From Octopus bimaculoides (taxonomy: Eukaryota): a DNA stretch of 64,000 nucleotides. The stretch spans positions 54,092,022-54,156,021 of the forward strand of contig NC_068985.1 in assembly GCF_001194135.2 (NCBI RefSeq). The letters run 5' to 3'. This document shows positions 52,821 to 60,287 of the stretch, in pieces. A model generated the notes under the pieces. The model made no database searches and had not been told where the DNA came from. It saw only the letters and a list, made by a program, of their open reading frames with translations. The translations under genes and the position numbers were made by a program. The number at the start of each line of letters is the position of its first letter. The first letter of the stretch is position 1.

Positions 52821-54361
52821 AACACTAACATTCACTCACATATGTGTATCTACTTGTCAATATGACTATCTCTACACAGACACCATCTTTTCCTGCTTAC
52901 TTTCTCTGTATTGATAAGGCAAACATTCTTTGGTCAAAATATTTTAAATAACATCAGTTAACGAAGAACTGCTAAAATTATAATGAGAGAAAGAGAAAGT
53001 GTATATTTATGTGTGTGTGTGTATAAAAAGAGAGAGAGAGAAAGAGAGATGTATGTAGTAAAGATGGAATTAAAAACATGTGAAAATGTTTGCCAGCTTA
53101 AAATGTTTTTCCTTTAAATAAATATGTTGTTGTGTTCATAGTGCAATAAGAAAACAATATAGTCTAAGTAAGATTTTAAGAAATAAAGTTCTTAAAAACT
53201 GAGAGAATATTTGGCAGAGGAGCCAAATTTTAGAAAAATTAATTATGTACATAGCGTAGTTGTTGGTTAGGTAGACAATGATGATGATAAAAATAGCTAA
53301 ACTGTTGTAGATAGTGAAGTTGAAACTGCAGGAACATATATACACATACATACACACAACAGCATCAACTGTAACAATGATTTCAGAAAGGATTCATGTA
53401 ATTAAAATGAAGGTGTTTAATGATTAGATTTATAATATATAACTTAGTAATCTCACATTAAGGTATATTGCAGAACATAATAAAACATGTTTTATAAAAG
53501 AAACATGTATCACAGAACAAAATATAGGAAAATTGTCAACAAAAAGGAAGGATTTCAATTGTAATGCAAAAATGTTGAAGGGATGTGCAAGTGAATGAGG
53601 ACACATGAAAAATCAAAGGGAACATTTAGTAGTGTAAGAAAATGAAAAGTGGCATATTTTGGGTTGAGACTGCAGAGACAAAAAGATGAGGTTTTGGCCT
53701 GTTCAAACTGAAAAAAATTTCTATAAGTAAATAGCCAATGAAGTGAGAATGGAGAATGACAAGAAATGTTTGGTATCATAGATTGATTAGTAACTGGGAT
53801 TAGTTTGACATTGTATACAATATAAAGACCTGTTAAAAGCAAGTGGCAGAAGTAAGACTTGTGAGTGTGACTGGTCAACTTGATTTTCTTTTGCATATTG
53901 ACAAGAAAGACTGTGTCCTCACAGTATTACAGAAGGATTACTACAAAATAGATGGCTTTAAAATACTTATCCAATACAGGTGGAGTACGTTTTAGGTAAT
54001 ATACAATAAACACCATAAAACTGATTGGAGATTGAGATCAAAGTATTGGTAAATAAAGTTTTGATCACAGTTATTAAATGAGAAACATTGTAGACAACTG
54101 AGAGAGAGGTAAAGAGGCAATAGTTTTATCACTGCAGAATGGTTTACTAATGAAATATTCTATAATAAATTTTCAGTTTTTTACCTTTTCTTTTTCTAAA
54201 AAGTTTCTCTATTTTTTTTTGCTACTGGGAATATACAAGAAAGTATGATAACACACAGTCTAGATTATGGGAAACTACTTCCATATGTATGGGGTTAGTT
54301 AGGTTAGCAATCTTAATGATTCACTAGATATGACTAACAGCAATAGCCATCATGTGTGTGC

Positions 54362-54405
<44 letters not shown>

Positions 54406-54425
54406 NNNNNNNNNNNNNNNNNNNN

Positions 54426-54470
<45 letters not shown>

Positions 54471-55385
54471 GTTTTCAACTAATTATAGTAGTTTGAATCA
54501 ATACTACTAACCTGGTATAGTTGTTTTGCTGTTGATTCCAATTTAATATGAGGTAAGTAAAAAAAAAGTTAAACATCAAAGTCTAAATTAAATTGAAGTT
54601 GTCTGTTTTCTTATGTCTGAAGTATAAAATGTTTATCAGTGAAGCAATGTAGTCATTATGTAAGTAAATAATAAGCAGATAATTCATTGAATCCTTTCTT
54701 CAAGACACTTTCTATTTACTGTTATCTACTGGCTCTTTGCCAACCATCTGAGAGAGAGAGAGGTGGGGAGAGAGAGGTGGGGAGAGAGAGGAGGATGAAC
54801 GCAAAAGTTAGATAAGTGTGCTAGGGAAGGCTATTTCAGGAAAAGGACAAACAAGAAAACAACAACAAAAAAAAACAAAAACTGGTTGAAAACGAAATGG
54901 GTTCGGCTTCCAAAATAGGCTATCAGAAAAGTAAGTGGAAGAAATAGGAAGGACAAGAATTTGTGTTGTAGATAATATTATAAACCATGACCTATTACAG
55001 TGGATTTACATCTTTTTGGAGAAAACTGAAGTTTTCCCATCGTTTGTTTGTTTGTTGTCTTTTGGAAGTCCTTTATGTTCAATAAATAAATACAAGTTTG
55101 ATGTTTAAGCCTACTCTACTGCATCATTACAAAACTTGATTTACACAAGTCCATGTGAACAGTGGATGGCAAGAAGCCAATGCTTAGAGAGGAAATGTTG
55201 GTGTACAGTTAGTCCTTACTTCCTTTTCTGTGAAAAAGATATGACATCATAGCTAAAGCACTAGAATTAGCATCAGGAAAAGTTATTCAACAGATGCCAA
55301 CAATAGGGCATGTTATCAACAATAAGGCAGGGTCTGAGAGATAGAGATATTGCCATAGGGTAGAATCAAATATCAAACACCAGTA

Positions 55386-55416
<31 letters not shown>

Positions 55417-58400
55417 TCAATGGTAAATGGTGATTAATTATATCCAGCTTTATGTCAGATGTATGTGAAATAAGCCCCAGAGAAATATGTGAGATAAAAT
55501 ACCAAGCAGTTTCTCGTTCAGAACAAAAATAAGTAAATTATGGAATTCAACAACAATGAAGAACATAATAAGTTTGATGAAAACTAATGGTATTTCAAAA
55601 TTATGGAATAAATGAGAAGAAGACAACAAGTGGGTATATGCATGAATAAAATTATGTAAGTAAATGTTTGTATGTGTGGGGAGACAGAGAGAGAGCTTTG
55701 TGTGCAAGCACATGCTCATAAGAAAGCATGTGTAAGAGAAAAAGAAAGAGAAAGAATGTGTGTGTGACAGAGAGTGTGTATGTATGTGAGAGGGAGGGAG
55801 GGAAAGAGAGAATGTGTATGCATGAGACCAAGAGAAAGCGAGAACAGTGACAGATAGACTGACACATAGACAGAGCATGCACAAGTGTGTGCATGTAAAT
55901 GTGTGAGCAGATGTGCATGCAAGTACACACCTGGTTAAATGACCATATTTCAGGTCTACTCAAACAAAGCTGGTTTGGGGCTTAAACCTTTTCTTATCAT
56001 ATTTCTGCTGAAATACACTACCCTTTTTTTTCCCCCAACTAATTTCAAAAGTAAAGAAAGTGCTTAGTAAAATAACTTTGTTATTATTAAGCTGGTGGTT
56101 GGAACATAATTCAAAATGAAATTTTGATGGAAGGTTTTAACTTCAATCACTTTGAATAAGGAAATTTGTATCACAGAACTGAAGACACTCCCATGTGTCT
56201 TGATATCAAAATCGTTGAACAATCCCCGTGTCTGTAAAACTGTTCATATAAAACAATTCTTCTAAGATAGATTATTGTTGAGTGAATAAATGATGAGATG
56301 AATATGTTTACGTTAAATCTATGTGAACCCTTCAGCACTCAGATTACTCTGTCAAATGTAATGCTTATTTATTCACACTTGTTTTGAATTAAGCATGCAT
56401 TATTTCATACTTTTGAGATTTCAACAATGTGATTGTTTATTTTAAGAATGACATTGTAGTGTAGGCATGAAAGGCCAGATCCAGTCAGTTTGAATATAAA
56501 ACAAGTAGAATATTTGTGTTGTATATGACCAGTTCAAATTCTGAAGGGTTAAATATAATCATTCATGGTTGGCTGGGTCAGATTACCAGGAGAAGAGTCA
56601 GATAATAAATACTTGGGACCTTTGTGATTTGACGGGCAACATTTTTTTATGTAGTGTTTTTGGTACCAAAACACTTTCAAATTTCGTATACTTGTATATT
56701 TTGTGGTATACTACAGATAATAAAATTTGTATTCAAAGTTATTTCACGTTAAAAATTGTCTTATTTCGATAATTTCAACTAATCACTGATGTCTATTCAG
56801 TTGAAAACAATAAGTGCTGTAACGGTGTATATGGCATTAATCCCCGTTAGTTCTGACATTTCCGATCAACTAGACTGTTCGTAAACAAAGGGGAAAAAGC
56901 CATCAAAATACTTGAATATTGCCTGCACTTGTTATTGGAGCTACCAGAATTATTAATGCACCTCCAAGTGCTTCATTTCCTAGAAATAGTAGCCAAATCT
57001 TCTTCAAATCAAACTCTAGTTTAGGGTTAGGGTTCGGGTTTTAGAGTTAGGGTTAGGGTTTGGGTTAGGGTTAGGGTTAGGGTTATGAGTGAGGTTATGG
57101 GAAAAATATACACACACAGATACGCACAGCGTAATTTATTATATAAACAATATATGCGTATAAATTACGATTAAACCAGATGAAATATGTCACAGGGAAT
57201 AACATTTTTATGACCGGCCAGCACTGACTGTATTCAGCTGAATAGACGTCAGTGATTGGTTGAAATTACAGAACTACGACAACTTTAACATGAAATAACT
57301 TGCGATGTCCAATTTTTTGTTAAGAAGGCTAAGAGAAAAAATTGTTTTGTATGACACATTCTACTAGTGTCCCAAGTTTGAAAGTGTTTCGTTAAGAAAA
57401 CAAGTGTTGCCCGTCAAATCACAAAGATCCAATACTTGTTAACAAGTCATTAATAGTGACACCTTAACCAAAACTTAACAACCTTTTGTTGGCAAACTCT
57501 GACTAACCATACAACAAACATCAATGTAGGTAGTGGGAACATGCTATAACTAACAGTGTTTTGTAAGACTGAACTATCAGGTTTTAGCCTCCTAAAAAGA
57601 CACGATGAGGCAAGGGAAGGCCTTATCCAGTGAAGTGCTGAAATTTGCAACATCACCAGACCTTTAATCTTATAATGCCAATGATATGGGACACTTAAAG
57701 AACAATTATAAGCAAATGAGTAGATATCTTTTATCTTTTACTTGTTTCAGCTGTTGAACAGTGGCCATGTTGGGACACCACCATGAAAGATTTAGTCAAA
57801 CAAACCAACCCTAGTTCTTTACTTATTAGTTCTTTTGAAGTCTGGTACTTATCCTATTAGACTTTTTTTTTCCAGACTGCTAAGTTATGGGGACATAAAC
57901 AAACTGACACTGGTTGTTAAAGTGGTGGTGAACAAACACACAACAGGCTTCTTTCAGTTTACATCTACCAAATCCACTCCAGGGCTATAATAAAAGACAC
58001 TTGTCTAAACTGTCACACAGTGGGGCTGAACTTGAAACCATGTAGCTGAGAAGCAAACTTCTTACCAACTTCTAATACAGCCACACCTGCACCAATGTGC
58101 ACCTGTATGTAAATATGCATGCCAGTATATGCATTTATGATGAGACAGTAAACAAACCTTTTTGAATTTAATTAAACAATTTTGTAATTTAAAGTGGACT
58201 GAACTCCTCAGACTATATTAATTAATTTCCATCAGAGGATTTACTAAAAAATAAGAACTCAAATACCCTTGCCACAACAAGAAAATGATTCTTTGCGCAT
58301 TAAGCAGGTTCTTAGCTAGAATTATTCTATTAAAAGTTGAAGTTCTTACTTGCACAACTTAACTGTTAGTAATTAAAAACTCATTAGAAGTTTAAAGAAT

Positions 58401-60154
58401 ATGATTACATACACACAGACTAATTAAATAACAATTTGATGTCAAGAATCAACACCAAAATCTAACATAGCATTTGACACTGGTTAAATTCTGTTTAAAT
58501 GCTTTGCTGTCATCAATGACTTCTAAATAAAGCTGTTGGTGGAGAGTGAGCTAATCAGATCAACCCTCAGTACACAACTGGTACTGTATTTCATAAAAAA
58601 GGATGACTGATAGGATCAACATCTGCAGAATTTGAACTTAAATAGTAAATCTACACAACTAAACTACAAGACTTTCTATCCATCACTCTACTAATTGGCC
58701 TTTAATTATCTTTAATGACCTTACACTTCACTTAGAATACACCTGCGTTATAATTTAAAACACTGCTTTAGTAGAATAGCCATGCCCACCATTAACACTA
58801 CTATGAATGCTATAAACTAATGTTTCCTGAGACACTACTCCAAGTTTGATATCAAATACTAGTGTGCTACTCTTGAGACCATGTGTTTGGAGGAAGGTAC
58901 AGTGACCATGGTCTTTGGAGGTCCTCCTACACTGGTTAAATTAAAGCCATTAATGTTCCTCTAAACCAGTGATCCTCAACCACGGTCCATATGGCCTGAG
59001 GGTCTATGCAACAAAATGATAAGTTGGGGACCCGCAATAGTATTTTAAGGGCCCCTGAAAAAATTTTGCTTTAGGTGTATGTATTGCAAGAAACAACTAG
59101 GTTTCTTTCTCTAACATTTTACATAGTTCAACTTAATGTGAGAAAAACAAAATAGAAATTTTGAAAGAAGTTTTATGAAACTAGTTTTTAAACACTGAAT
59201 GAAAATAGTAATCAAAAAGGTCCATAGAAAAAAAAAATGGTTGAGAATCCTTGCTCTAAACCTTTATAAGTCAACACCTGGAGGAAAAACATAATCAGGG
59301 AGAGAATTCCAGAGGGGGTAACATTTTGGGAATGAAGGATTAGGTGTAATGACTAGTGCAGAGCCTGAAGAGTTGGACACAACAAAAGTCACAGTGATAA
59401 AAGAGGCAGGGTGGGGAAGTCAGGAATACCTTAATGGAGTTGGAGAGGGCATGAGACCAGTCAGATCTGAAAAGCAGAGGCCATTACAGTACTGGTAGAA
59501 AAAGGCATAGAGGAAAGACAGCTTGTCAGCAGTCCCGGGGCGGGAGAATAACCATTTAGAAATGTAAAAATATATAATGCTTAAAACAATTGCAAAGTTG
59601 AAGATACGTATTCAGAAACACACAAAAACTGCTAACTTCACTTAAACATTTATTTAAGTGAAGTTAACAGACTTTGTGTGTTTCTGAATAGCTAATATAT
59701 ACATTTCTTCCAGGTTGCAAATCATTTTAGCTTTTAACACATGGTCTCAAATAAAAACATTTGCCATGCAAGTACATCTCTGTAATATAATGCTTAATAT
59801 TCAAAAAATATTGAAAAGTTCTTTGAAATGACAATATTTTGTTGAAAGATGTCACGGCACATAAAAACAAATACAAATATAAAGAAACATATTCATTTCT
59901 TGTAGTAACTCTTCGATAGTATTTATAACACAACACAGCAGAAGAAATAGTACACGGTTCTTCTCATTCATATTTTTCAACTCTTGCTTCATTAATTTCA
60001 AGACTCTTAGCTTGGTGAATCACCACTTCAAGTACATTCACAGCACTAATATAACTGACAGGCTCAGTTCTCTGCTCATCTGAATTAGTCAACAGGTTAT
60101 ATTATTCAGTCGATCTAATTAGTTTTGAGTGTAGAACTAACAAGTAATAAATAA

Positions 60155-60205
<51 letters not shown>

Positions 60206-60222
60206 NNNNNNNNNNNNNNNNN

Positions 60223-60287
<65 letters not shown>

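Noticed and set aside
55220-55227. 8-nt segment between tctttttcacag and gtaagg
   Set aside because: Not a multiple of 3 and unsupported; such pairs arise by chance in AT-rich introns.
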